From positions 65,410,001 to 65,474,000 of the forward strand of contig OX597827.1 in NCBI GenBank assembly GCA_951406725.2: 64,000 bases of DNA. Direction: 5' to 3'. Shown here piece by piece: positions 27,131-42,477 of this stretch. A model generated the notes under the pieces. That model saw only the letters and a list, made by a program, of their open reading frames with translations. It did no database searches and was not told the origin of the DNA. This stretch comes from Octopus vulgaris. Its lineage: Eukaryota. The translations under genes and the position numbers were made by a program. The first letter of the stretch is position 1; each line of letters opens with the position of its first letter.

Positions 27131-27320
27131 CAATTCCAGTCTGTTATATATTTAGAGTACTGTTATCACTAGCGATATCAAGATATAACTTTGTATTTTG
27201 TATTTTATGTGTAGATGTATATATATAGATGAGCATGTAAAATGTACACATATATATACACACATATATACATGCACTAGCACTCTGACCCGGCAACGAC
27301 GGGTCTTTAATGCTAGTATA

Positions 27321-27398
<78 letters not shown>

Positions 27399-27642
27399 GA
27401 GACATGAATAGATCTATAGATTGATAGATACGACAGGCTTCTTTAAGTTTACGCCTATCAAATCTAACGAAGCCATTGGTTGAAGACATGTGCACTATAT
27501 ATATATATATATATAATTTATATTTATATATATATATATAAGTCTGTGTGCATATGAGTATATATATATATATATATATAATTTATATTTATATATATAT
27601 AAGTCTGTGTGCATATGAATATATATATATATATATATATAG

Positions 27643-28150
<508 letters not shown>

Positions 28151-28182
28151 TATATATATATATATATGTTATATATATTTTT

Positions 28183-28584
28183 TCTTCTTCTTCTTGTTTC
28201 AGTCATTTGACTGCGGCCATGCTGGAGCACCGCCTTTAGTCGAGCAAATCGACCCCAGGACTTATTCTTTGTAAGCCCAGCACTTATTCTATCGGTCTCT
28301 TTTGCCGAACCGCTAGGTGACGGGGAAGTAAGCACACCAGCATCGGTTGTCAAGCAATGCTAGGGGGGACAAACACAGACACACAAACACACACATATAC
28401 ATATATACACATACATATATACGACAGGCTTCGTTCAGTTTCCGTCTACCAAATCCACTCACAAGGCATTGGTCGGCCCGGGGCTATAGCAGAAGACACT
28501 TGCCCAAGATGCCACGCAGTGGGACTCAACCCGGAGCCATGTGGTTGGTTAGCAAGCTACTTACTACACAGCCACTCTTGCGCC
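28183..28584 (-). mobile_element. SINE family A, full length
   Basis: Minus strand ggcgcaagagtggctgtgtagtaagtagcttgc...aaatgactgaaacaag. Confidence 0.9.
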
Positions 28585-29309
28585 ATTATATATATATATA
28601 TATTCTCTCCCAATTCTGCAGTGTGTGTATGTGCGTAAATAAATGTATTTACGGTAATATTTCCCATTGCTTGGGTTATAATATTTCATTAATATATGTT
28701 TTGATGAACGTCAGATCTGATAACAAGATTGCTTTACACCATTCAAGTTCCGTTATTCAACTTCGCACTATTTGCTCCTTATGATATAGCAATATAATGA
28801 AATAACTTATATTCAATAGGGTACCAGCGGCTCTCTCTTGTCTAAAACAATCGAAGACAGGGGTATATCCACGTCGGATTCCGTTGCCTTATACAAGACA
28901 TGTCTATAACACTGTTTTCCTTTTCTTTTCTCGTATGCTCCCGATAATGCCATCCATCAATTATAACGATTTGTATACAATATAATTAAATATTTATAGC
29001 AGAGGTCTTCAATAATAATTTGCTTCAAGATTCTTTGCGAAATAATCGGTTTTTGAAATAAGATTTTGTTGATTATCGTGACATATTACTCGATAATTTA
29101 TAATACTGTCCGTTCAGAAAAATATATCTTGCGGTCATTTAGTTTCTTATGTGAACGTAAGACCAATGAAGTTTCAAGAAGCTAGTGGTAGCCTTATTAC
29201 TTGATTACTACATTTTACTGTGAATCTGTGATGATATCAAAATCAATACAAGTCTTCAGCCAATTGAGATCAGAAAGGAAACATACGTAACTAACAACAA
29301 GCTGAACTA

Positions 29310-29600
29310 TGGCTCCACACGGTTTCAATGTTCAGTCCCACTATGTGGCGTTTTAGACGAGTGTCATCTGCTATAGCTTCCGGATGGCCAAAGCTTTCTC
29401 GATGAATTTGATAGACGGAAACTGAAATAAGCGTGTCGCGTACATGTGCATGTGTGCGTTTGAGCGTTTGCGCGTATATGTGAGTGTGTGTGTATGTCTG
29501 TGCTTTTGTTTGTGTTCCGTGATCACTTGACAATCGGTGTTGATTTGATTCCGTTTCCGCAACATAGCATTTCGGTAATAGAAACGGTAGAATAAGCAGT
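29310..29600 (-). mobile_element. Diverged family A-related SINE piece(s)
   Basis: Plus strand shows ctatagcttccggatggccaaagc...gacggaaactgaaataagc...cttgacaatcggtgttg, the family A core, probably in plus orientation; strand uncertain. Confidence 0.4.
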
Positions 29601-29719
29601 ATGCTTTAAGTTAAGAAAAAAAAAAGAATACAAGACAAAAAATGTCTATAAAATATTTTATAAAATATCATATATACTGGGTTTGTTTTGTTCGAATAAA
29701 ATCTTCAAGGCGTTGCTCC

Positions 29720-29936
29720 AGTGTGGTAAGTAGCTTGTCTACCAACCACATGGTTCCGGGTTCAGTCCCACTGCGTGGCACCTTGGGCAAGTGTCTTCTA
29801 CTATAGCCTCGGGCCGACCAAAGCCTTGTGAGTGGATTTGGTAGACGGAAACTGAAAGAAGCCCGTCGTATATATGTATTTGATTTTTGATTTTGATTTT
29901 TCCAGTTTCAGCTTATGAGCTGTGGCCATGCTGGGG

Positions 29937-29972
<36 letters not shown>

Positions 29973-30190
29973 TGTGTGTGTTTGTGTGTCTGTGTTTGTC
30001 CCCAAGCATTGCTTGACAACCGATGCTGGTGTGTTTATGTCCCCGTTACTTAGCGGTTCGGCAAAAGAGCCCGAGAGAATAAGTACTGGGCTTACAAAAG
30101 AATAAGTCCCGGGGTCGAGTTGCTCGATTAAAGGCGGTGCTCCAGCATGACTGCAGTCAAATGACTGAAACAAGTAAAAGAGTAAAAGAG
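29720..30190 (+). mobile_element. SINE family A with a short inverted SINE tail inserted at 29878-29941
   Basis: ggttccgggttcagtcccactgcgtggcaccttgggcaagtg...atgactgaaacaagtaaaagag. Confidence 0.9.
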
Positions 30191-30833
30191 AGAGAGATCA
30201 CGAGGAGGAGGTCAAATAGAAGTGGTGGTGAAGGAGGAGGAGGAGGAGGACGGAAAAGAGAAGAGCGGGAGGTAGCGTCAGTATGTCACTTGCTTTGTCA
30301 CTAAAGTCGCTTTGTGGTAATGGGTCAGTAGTAGGGATTGGTACTGAGAATAGCCGAAGGAAAGAAGATTCACGAAGTTAAGGATGGGTGTGAACGGGAT
30401 TAACAACGACAACGAGATGAAGGTGGCTATGAAGACGAAGAGGATAACTACAATGGGCACGTTGAAGACAGGAAAGATAGCAGTGATTGTGATGATGATG
30501 ATGATAGTGGCTGTGATGATGATGGAGGTGTTATCACCTTACAAGAAGGTGATGGTGTCGAAGGGAGTGATGATTTTTAAGTTTGCTATGGCGCCACTTA
30601 CATCGATATAATATCGATGATGTTGATGATGTTGCTGTTGAATTGCTACTTTTAAATTCTTTATTGAAAAATGTTCAATACAAAGCGTGTAGCATGGACT
30701 GCGGGATTCCATGTATCTCCTTCACAATCATGAATGAAATATACGTATGTATGTATCTCTCTCTATATATATATACATATATATATACATATACATAAAA
30801 ATCCAATATGAGAAAAACAAGCTCCTCTTTAGG

Positions 30834-30870
<37 letters not shown>

Positions 30871-30873
<3 letters not shown>

Positions 30874-31180
30874 CGTGATCACCCTGACCGACCAGGCTAT
30901 CAGATGTTGCTACACATCGCTGGTCACAATGCGCTTCGCATCGTTTTAGCCTTTTTTAAATGACGCCACCCCGCTGGCTAAGCGAGCAGGCCAACAGAAG
31001 AAAGAGTGAGAGAAAGTTGTGGCGAAAGAGTACAGCAGGGATCGACACCATCCCCTGCCGGAGTCTCGTGGAGCTTTAGGTGTTTTCGATCAAAAAACAT
31101 TCACAACGCCCGGTCTGGGAATCGAAACTGCGATCCTACGACCGCGAGTCCGCTGCCCTAACCACTGGGCTATTGCGCTT
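30871..31180 (-). mobile_element. SINE family C (tail type i), full length
   Basis: Reverse-complement match to 10588-10828 with a longer tail. Confidence 0.88.
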
Positions 31181-31355
31181 CCACATACACACACACACTC
31201 ACATATATATGTATATATATATATATAAGCATGATTAGCTGTGTGTCGAGTACCGACGTATGGATGTGTGGATCTATGAATGCATATTCTATGAATATGG
31301 AGGTGTAAGCGTGGGTGGGTAGACAGAAATGCGTTTCTATGCCTATGTTTATATA

Positions 31356-31428
<73 letters not shown>

Positions 31429-32589
31429 AGAAAGAGAGAGAGAGAGAGGGAGAGTAGTATAAATATATGCATGAATTAATGGAAAGATGAATTTTTGAAT
31501 GTATTGATAGATAGATGCTTGTATGTAAGCTTTTTAATGTGTGTGTATATATATATATGGGTATGTGCATATATATATATATATGGGTATGTACGTATTT
31601 CATGAATTCATGGCCGAATGGATAGATAGATGTTTATATGAATATACAAATATATGTATATAGTTATGCATGTGGTTGTCGCCTTACGCATGTGGATTAT
31701 AGTTAAATTCTGCAAACATTGGATTTATAAGAAGAATTGTTGTGTTTTTTTTCTCAAAGAAATTTTATTTTCTATTTACAATGGAATTATGGAATGTCGA
31801 ATAACTTCAACTTTGATCGAATGCATTGAATGCAAGTCAAAACACAGAGAAAATTTTCGATTATTGGTTGTATTGCGTAAAAGATGCATTCATATAAGTG
31901 TGTGCATGCCTACCTACAGCAATGTAGGTGTGTGCATATGCGTGTGTGTACATACACACTCATGCTTGGTGCAATATGTACACACACATACGAAGACACA
32001 GGCATACACTCACACATGCACAGAAATTCGCACAAACACACAGACACATACATATTATCAAAACTGCCTGATGAACAGTCTCCAGATGACTCTGCGTAAC
32101 ATTTTGTGAAGGTATTTTCAGCTTTAATTAAATGCATATTAATCTATATTAAATATTGGATTAAGATGCACCTTGCTTTGTGCCAATGTGGTTACTGATG
32201 TGTGTATGTGTTTTCGTGTGTGCGTGTGCGTGTGTGTGTGTGTAGAAGGTGATCACCGGTGGAGTTTCAAGTTTATTGATGAATAGGTTCATTGTTTCGA
32301 TTCCTCTGTGAAAAATATACTGTCGTCAGATGATTTAAACATAGGTACGAGACATTAATTTAAAACAATTAGCATTGCCAAGCATTCTCAACTGTTTTTC
32401 TTTTATGCTGTAATTATAGTAATCGAACTAACCAATATAAAAGACAAATGCTGCTGAAACGGATGTTGTGAAACATTAAACACCACATGTAGTCTTCATT
32501 TATGCAAACACAGTACATGGTACCGTCTCTACGTTGGATTGGGAACCTACTATGAGTGTGTGTGTTGGGGGCTGTATGTGTGTCTATGT

Positions 32590-32805
32590 GTGTATGTTTA
32601 TATACACTGAGGTAAAATATACGAAGCCCAGTGTATCCATCATGACTACCCGTCTGATAAGGCTACACCAGTCACATGCATCACAACCATATGTGCGCGA
32701 CATGGCGATCTCATATCAAGATAAACAGCGCATGACGTTGCACGTGCGGCCCAGTTAGAATTTTCCTCTGAGCGAGTAGTCCTTCCGCGCAAAAGGTCCC
32801 TGCAT
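32590..32805 (+). repeat. Unclassified interspersed repeat overlapping in sequence with 35440-35800 (minus)
   Basis: ttttcctctgagcgagtagtccttccgcgcaaaaggtccctgcata resembles the reverse complement of 35757-35803. Confidence 0.45.
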
Positions 32806-32868
32806 AATAATAATAATAATAATAATGATAATAATAATTAGTAGTAGTAGTATTACTATTATTTTTCA

Positions 32869-32942
32869 CGTCATTGCCTGGAATTGAACTCGGAATCTTG
32901 GGGTTAGTAGCCCGCACTCTTAAATACTAGGCCATATGGCCG
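32869..32942 (-). mobile_element. Short tRNA-like SINE head with an A-rich/trinucleotide tail
   Basis: tggcctagt A box and gagttcaattcc B box at tRNA spacing; no intact cloverleaf. Confidence 0.55.
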
Positions 32943-33830
32943 TGAGCATATCCGTCAAATGTAAATAATGCAGATAATTCCTGATCTCTTAAATATGAAG
33001 CTGTATAATCCTGTGATGTAGCGGCGTCCCGTCCAGGTGAGGAATATATACATACCATGAATCTGGGAAACTGGCCCTCATGTGTCGGCATGTCTCGGGA
33101 AAGTAAAGTACTTCTGGATTACAGGGACAAATTATGCGACAGGTATTTGCATGTTTCGGCTACACGGTTCTACACATGAGACATTTATTGGGGATGATCG
33201 GGGCTGCGAGAAAAGACATTTGCCAATGAAGCCACAAAATGACTCCGATCTCGTACGTGCTCATTGACAAACGTGTATTCTTGACCTTGGTGATTTTAGT
33301 ACCATTTGCTTGAAAGTCAGAATGGTTCAGATTTGAGACAAGTCACCTTCTATTTTAAATAGGCAGTATGGTTTGAGCAGTGACTATGTTGCTATCACTG
33401 TCACGTTTTCACTTGAATCTCGTGTGAGTTAATATATTTTTCTCTCAATTTAATATGAAACATATCAGACATTCATATAAACGCATACTTTAATATGATA
33501 ACAGGTTTTATTTATTTCGATATTTTGATAAAACGAAAAAACATACAAATGAAAACAAATAACCACCATTCTAGAAACATTTACTCCGTTGTGTCTATTT
33601 TGTTAAGTGTCGTTACTATGATTACAATTTCAAACTTGTCATTATATTCTTGGAAATTAATATTGTAGACATAAAAACAATTCATAGCATTTTAAATACT
33701 TGTAATGAATTGCTCGACTACACAATTAGTTTTGATGTGTTATTATTACTGCTAACATTCACGTAATTATTTTTGTTATTACTACTACTTATAATAATAA
33801 TAATAGTAAAAGTAATAATAATGATAATCC

Positions 33831-35435
33831 ATTCTTTCATTAGCCACTTGAGCTTACATAAGACAACATAAATTGACGTGATACAATATAATAGACAACA
33901 CAAGGTGAGATAAAGTGTTTTCATAGTGTAACAATAAAAAAAAATAAATAACGTAAACTCACAAAAGGGAGGCACTTTGTAGGTCCTTGTGGAACCCCCC
34001 CACACACACACACACACAAAAGCCACGGGTGCCTGATCAACAGGGCAAGAGCCCTTCTACTTTAATTTTTTCACAGGTGTATACTCAGATTTGGTCCTTA
34101 CACACTGGCCATTCTTCCAATTGTCATCCACCTTTCAAAAACTTTGCTAGAAGGCAACACTTTCCTCTCCAACCTCAACTTCCATTTTCAAGTGAAACTT
34201 GAGAAAGTTGATGAGGGTTTGGTAGCCCTTTCAGATGAGCCCACCATACTACCTCTTTCACAACAGCCACCAGACAAGGAAAAACTGTCTACCCCTCTTG
34301 GCCAAAGGTGGGCGGCGGGGCAATCTTCATTGTGGATTAAGCTGATAATCGGACCTGTCCTACACGCGACAACAGGTGTTCGACATAAATCCACAGGTCA
34401 GCATTACTCTGGCTCTGAAAGAGGGCGTGCAGAACGGTTTCGTCGTTCTGAGCGCACCTCGCATAGGCTCGGCTGACGGCACTTCCGTGCCTGTGAAGTT
34501 TGTACCAAACAGGCAGCGCCCTTAGTAGCATTGCCAGGCAAGGAATTTCTGGAAGTTATCCATTGACCCAGGTCCGAAAGTCCTCCGAAACAGACCGATC
34601 CTCGTCGACGTCTAGAGTTTCTCCAAGGACATCGTCGCACTTCCCTTCCACTAGCCCTCTTTAGCTTACAAGAGTGAAACTACCGGCCGCATTGCTCGCC
34701 TGGTGGAGCGCTATGTGTGTTTGACAGCACTCGGGTTGGCAAGCGCCCCTCCTCAGTCTACGCCTAATCAAGGATTGCAGCTTAGTTAGAGATACGAGTT
34801 GTGGAAAAGTGAGTCTGAGAAACGGTGACCACACATGCTCACCGTCAAGGAAACCACGTCAGCAACCACGACAGACCATCCAAACTCGGCTATCTACCTC
34901 TCGTGCTCTTCATCGTTTCCTGTTCTTCCGCAGCTGTTATTGCCCTTTCGCAGCATCCCGCCTCACTCGCCGAGAGTCATGTCAGGCTGTCTAGATAGAC
35001 ACCGATGTCTGCCCTGTTATCCGTCCTACCATTCGTCCCGAACAGTCGAGCAAATTGCTGCTGAATGGCAGCCCACATCTGTTTCGGGTCGAACACCTCG
35101 CGCCCGTTGTGGTCCAACAAAGAGCGAATAGTGGCTTTGTTGCCACGTTTGTCTCCACTACTCCGGGACGTTTTCGTTCCCTCCCCGCTTAGTGAACGTG
35201 CCTTAGCTCTGACAGCGCAGATTTCGTGTTTGGCGTCGGAAAGTTATTCGAGGGCCAACCTCGCTGACAACACGTCTGCCTGTCGTTAGCGCCCCATCTA
35301 ACTTTCTAACTAAATCTACCTCTATTCTATTCTATAGGCAGCCACCAGTCAGAAGACACCGCCGTCACTGTTGTTCATCAACTTACCTCCTGGATCCAGG
35401 AAGATTGCCCTTATTTTCAAACTTCAGCCTTTCCG
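33831..35435 (-). pseudogene. L1/Tx1-clade LINE ORF2 remnant with large internal deletions (RT core missing) plus 3' UTR
   Basis: Minus-strand peptides in order: IFLDPGGKL (APE-like); VRAKARSLSGEG...TIRSLLDHNGREVFDPKQMWAAIQQQFARLF (EN-RT linker); FRRTFGPGSMDNFQKFLAWQC; ALPVWYKL...ARCAQNDETVLHALF...LW (zf-RVT-like); KEVVWW; RLERKVLPSSKVFERW. Confidence 0.8.
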
Positions 35436-36179
35436 ATAAAAGCACCACACGTACCACCTGGCTCTCGTGACTTCTGATCTTAACTGATCGGAAATGTCAC
35501 CATGTATATTGTTTTGCCTTGGTATAGAAGATGGGCTACAGCAAATATTCTGCTCAATACCACAGGTTTGCTTGTCAGTTGCTTCATAACCATAACCAGT
35601 TGAGCATTTCCCTTAGGGGCTAACGGTATGTGCATCTCTGATCACGTGCAGAAATAGTGGGAGCATTATAGTCATGTGTTGAGAGGAATTCTTCAGGGTC
35701 AGGATAATTCACATCTGGAAACATGGGTGTTTCGTTCAACATCCTTAAACAATCTGTATTCAGAGACCTTTAGAGCGGGATAGGCTACTGAACCTGAAGA
35801 AAAATACAGAGACAGTGATGTAAAAATGCGTGTGAGATGATGGGCAGGCTAAATTTCATATCTGTCATACATTTTAACTTGTCAGAGTGTTCAAAAACTA
35901 GACAGCTCATCATTTTCTTCGACCGTTATGGTGGCGTCATTGGTTGATATTACTGGTCATTGCTATTGTGAATTTATTGTTGCATATGTTTGATAAAACT
36001 TTGCATTGTTAGGATATCATGTGGGCGGAAAGATACTGGATATCATTACGTTCAGTACTGCTTTTGACGTTGGCGATGAGAATTATGATGATAATGGTAA
36101 TGACGGGACCGACGACGATAATTATGATTATGATGATGGAGATGATGAGGATTATATGAATGACGAGATAACGATATAG

Positions 36180-36311
36180 GTGATGAGAAATTATGATCAT
36201 GAAGACGATTACATTGACGACGACATCGACAATGATGATAATGATTCAGCTGATGAATATCATGATGATGATGATAAGGATGATGATGATGATGATGATA
36301 ATGGAGTGAAA

Positions 36312-36357
<46 letters not shown>

Positions 36358-37173
36358 AGAAAGATATAGATATCCATTGTGGCAATGAAGATGTTCTCAA
36401 TGATATTAAGGTTAACGATGACGATGATGATGAATTTTGACGAAGCTTTTGATGATGGTGGCGGTGATGATGATCATGGTGAGGAAGGAGAGGTGCAGGA
36501 GGAGCTGTTACAGGCCAATGACGGGGATGAGGAAGAGAATGATGATGAGGAGAACGAGGAGCAGGAGACGTTAAAGGACACTGATGATGATGATGATGTG
36601 GATGATGATGATGAGAATGATGATGAGGAGCAGGAGGAGTCGTTAGAGGACAATAATGATGAGGAGGAGGACGAGCAGGAGGAGACGTTAGAGGACAATG
36701 GTGATGTTAGGGATGAGGATGATTAGGATGATGATGATGATGAAGTGGATGAGGATGTGGATGAAGATGAGAATAATGATGAAGAGAATGAGCAGGAGAA
36801 GACGCTAGAGGACGATGATGATGTTGGGGATGAGGATGATGGGGATGAGGATGATGAGGATGATGAGGATGTGGATGAGGATGCGGATGAGAATGATGAT
36901 GAGGAGGAGACGTTAGAGGACAATGATGATGCTGGGGATGAGGGTGATGAGGATGGGGATGATGTGGATGATGAGGATGTGAATGAGGATGCGGATGAGA
37001 ATGATGATGAGGAGGAGGAGCAGGAGGAGACGTTAGAGGACAATGATGATGCTGGTGATGAGGATGATAAGAATGGGGAGGATGTGGACGATGACGATGC
37101 GGATGAGGAGGTTGAGGAAGGTCATCATCATCGTCATGGCGTTAACTGCGACCGACGACGAAGACGTTCATGA
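36180..37173 (+). repeat. (GAT/GAG)-rich low-complexity tract with a repeated caggaggagacgttagaggacaatgatgat unit; translates to poly-Asp/Glu
   Basis: About six EQEETLEDND-like units; one TAG (36724) and one frame change (about 36437). Confidence 0.85.
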
Positions 37174-37623
37174 TAGCAATCAGGATAATGACGTCAATAA
37201 CAATGGCGCGCACGATGTCACTAAGGGTGCGTCCTGGGGTTTCGCTATATTGCTCATCAGATAAACATTAACAACTTGAGTAGGTGCCATCGTATTCCAA
37301 GGAGAAGGACAATGTTAAAAACCAACAACAACAACAACAAAAAAAACAAGTACAAAATCATAACGATAACTGACTTACCTGGACCTGCATTCTCTGAAAC
37401 TAATTAAGACACTTTGTGTTCCTATTTAGCCGACTGTGTGGATCAAAAAGACCAATATAGCATGTCATGGTCGTACACATTTATCTGTCTCCTCCATTCA
37501 TTGATTATCTCTCATTAAGTCTAAAGCATTGTGTCTGGCTTCTTTCATCTCTACTTAACTTCCATTCACTTAATCTTCTGCATTATATCTTGCTCCATTT
37601 CATTCAATGTTGCTCGCATTCTC

Positions 37624-39200
<1,577 letters not shown>

Positions 39201-40089
39201 ATAGATAGAGTGATAGATATTTCTGCTTCGTTCTCTTTTCAGTTCTCCACCCTACCTTTCCCTATCTTTCTCTCTTCCTCACTCTCTTTCTCTCTCACAA
39301 ACATACGCGCACGCTCTGTCCGTCTCTTTTCTTTTCTCTCTCTGGCATAGCTGAATTGAGGAAAATAGAGAATGAGAGCACGCTCCAATAAAGGAGCATT
39401 TACATATATGTAATAGGTAGATAGATAAATATTGAGGGAAAGATTGCGGGGACGAAGATAGAATGAATGATAGAAGAGAAGTATGACATCGCCTGCTCCA
39501 TGTCCTATTCTCTCTTCTCATCTTTCTTCAGCCATTTTTAGATTTTCTACCTTCATTTCGCTCTCCCTTTGACCCTATGCCAAACCTCCCTATTTCTTCC
39601 TCTTCTTCGTAGACTCTAATGAGGCAGAGAATAGTAGAATCATATGTGATAAAAGGGAACACTACTATAATTATAATGACACTCTTTTAAAAAGTGAATT
39701 TACAGTCACCGTTGCTAATGTCTATTCTTTCTTTCTCTATGTTGAAGTGTTATAAGGCCATTTGAATACATAATAATATTTATATAAGTATGGATAGCCA
39801 AAACATAAGACAAAATATAGATACGTCTCGATACAAAATAAACACTTTTAAGAAATTTCTGTGCGGATATTATTGTAGTTGGTTAGCAGAATGCATTTGA
39901 TATAAACAAAATCATCTCCCTCTTACGCTTTAATTAATTTACTGTCAGTTATTTTCTATTGCCTCAAATCATTTCAGTTCATAGATTAATAATGGGCTTT
40001 ATGAATTAATTATTGTACTGCTAGAAGCAATTAAACATATGCCTTTACAGTTGTTAAAATTAATAACCCTAGATAGTTTAGTATATTAG

Positions 40090-40114
40090 ATGCCGTTAGC
40101 TGCATATATATTTG

Positions 40115-40158
<44 letters not shown>

Positions 40159-40174
40159 AATATATATGCAGCTA

Positions 40175-40181
<7 letters not shown>
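40090..40181. repeat. Small near-perfect palindrome around a (TA)n centre
   Basis: atgccgttagctgcatatatatttgtatata ... tatatacaaatatatatgcagctaacggcat. Confidence 0.85.
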
Positions 40182-40250
<69 letters not shown>

Positions 40251-40260
40251 TATATATGTA

Positions 40261-40291
<31 letters not shown>

Positions 40292-40322
40292 GTCTATATG
40301 TGTCTATGAATATATGTATGTA

Positions 40323-40404
<82 letters not shown>

Positions 40405-40529
40405 CAGGGTAATAAAGATTTTAGAAAGTTTTTCTGCCAGTGGCCTAGCGTGTAGAAAAATTAGCCAATAGACTATATATTATTCATATAAATACAGTTT
40501 ACATTTAAACACATAAGAGGTCTTACTGT

Positions 40530-41952
40530 GGCAAACGTGTGCCCACGGTGCGATTAGGCAAATTACCCCCAGAAGAACATTATGGCTGTCATCAGCCATG
40601 CTTCACATACAAGACGGTGCCAAGATACTGAAGGCCACAAGGACAAATAGCATCAACTGCTGGGGATACGAGATCGAGCTCACTATCCAGTCAACAATAG
40701 AAGACTTAAATCGGATTGCTGAGGAGATAATGCTGCCCGACGATTTGAGATTGAGAGTGGTAGTGGAGGGCAGGCCGCCTGTATGATTTACATGTGGGGA
40801 GAAAGGCCACATAAAGGCGGGGTGCCCACAGAGAGATGGAGAGATGGAGAAGCAGAAGAGTACGGAATAGGAGTAAAGGTGGTGATGGAAGAAAAAACAA
40901 CGGAGGAGGGATTCACGATGGTGGAAAGGAAAGAAGGAGAAGTGGAAGTGTGAGTCCGCCACCAGGTAAGCAGAAAAAGAAGGAAAAAAAGATGGAAATG
41001 AAAGGTGCGACCAGAAGAAAGGAAGACAAAATGGTGGTGGAGAAAGAAAGTGAAAAAATAATTGGAAAAGTGTACGAGAATGAGTTACACAAGAGTCATG
41101 GTGGAGGGTAGGACGCCTCGATGTCTTGAATGTGGCCAAAAGTGTCACATAAAGTCAGAATGCCCTCCATCTGCCGAATGCGAACCAGCGAAAGAAGTCG
41201 CACTTCCACTTCTTGCGACGTCGTGTGTGAGCGGGAAGGAGCCGGAGAAGGAGGAAGAAAACTAGAAACCTGAAGAGAAAGAAGGATGGAATTCAGCACG
41301 AAAAATCGGAAAGAAAAGAAATCAAGTCAAAAATGTGAACCCCGACCCTACTCCCACCCATCTCTCATCCTGCCTTACGCCGTCCCAATCCCCCCCCCCT
41401 GCAGTCACCAACCCTCATCCCGTCCCTCCCGACACAGACACAATGGTCAACACACAGGATCCCGTTTCCCCATCACCTCCCCAAAAGGAAAAAAAACAGA
41501 TCAGAGAGAAAAGTGTATGGTAATTTGTATATTAATAGAATAAGAAGTGTAATAAACTCGCGAGTACCGGTGGACGTTACAAAATGTAATGATGGGCCTG
41601 AGAACGTTGAACTCGCAATAGTAAGCAACGAAGAGAGGATTACACTAAAGAAAAAAATCGTAGTGAAGATAGTGGACATAGAAAAGAGGATAGACGTGAG
41701 TAAGCTACAACCAAAGGTGGCCTTTCTTCACTTTGAACTCGATAACTACTTGTAACAAATTTATGTTGTCAAAAAAGTGTGTCAAAAGTTGTAAATGAAG
41801 TTGATCTGATGTGGGTTCGAGTGGCCTTCATTCCATGTTTTATGATTCATATCTATCTTTTCCATTCGTTATTCTTCTTTTCCCCCACATATATGTTTGT
41901 CTGTCCTTGCATCGTCCTTCTTTGTAAGACCCATGTTGGGTAATAAAGAATA
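40530..41952 (+). pseudogene. Two fused, decayed ORF1-only elements related to 23.3-26.8 kb
   Basis: RVVVEGRPPV*FTCGEKGHIKAGC (40753-40825) and RVMVEGRTPRCLECGQKCHIKSEC (41092-41163), Pro-rich linker, 3' end acccatgttgggtaataaagaataa. Confidence 0.75.
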
Positions 41953-42323
41953 AGTCAGTAGTGGAAGAGTCGTTGTACGAGTCCTCAATTGGGGTCAGTG
42001 TCAGTTACGTGATATTTACGAGTTCGCGTTACCGTCAAGGTAGACGTTTAAAAGTCATTATCATGCGGAGTTATCAGCCATAGCACGATAGACAATAGTC
42101 AAAGATAATCAGACGTAGAATATCGCCACAACATAATAGTGACGATAAGAATATTACAGTGCCTACAATAATATACGAGTGGACGAGGATCCACATTATA
42201 ATATATATATATATATATAAATTTATATAAATAAGGATTTAGATCGTTAATTTAAAAATAAAATAACGATTTTATCAAGTGGTCAGCATGGATAAAATAA
42301 TCTTCAAAGGTAATAATTATTAA

Positions 42324-42477
42324 AATTATAAATTAGGGTATCTACAAGATACTACCATGCTGAAAATAACAGCCATGATTTGACTCCGTGTCGATATACG
42401 GACAATTAAGGTGGTTTTAGAGTCAGATCATGGCTGCTATTTTCAGCAAGGTGGTGTGTCTTAGATACCCTAATTTA

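Larger units (their letters stand above)
22849..27316 (+). mobile_element. Probable non-autonomous Helitron carrying ORF1-like cargo
   Basis: 5' end A|TCtttatatatttaaaa...tgtctgtctgtctg...ccaatttcattcaaattttacaca, typical of invertebrate Helitron 5' ends. 3' hairpin gacccg-gcaacga-cgggtc (27287-27305), then CTAG|T at 27313-27317. That both ends belong to one element is inferred. Confidence 0.6.

Noticed and set aside
40784-40786. TGA at the first Cys of a CCHC knuckle, suggesting selenocysteine
   Set aside because: The same copy has a TAG and frameshifts nearby and no SECIS was seen; a single TGY to TGA mutation explains it.
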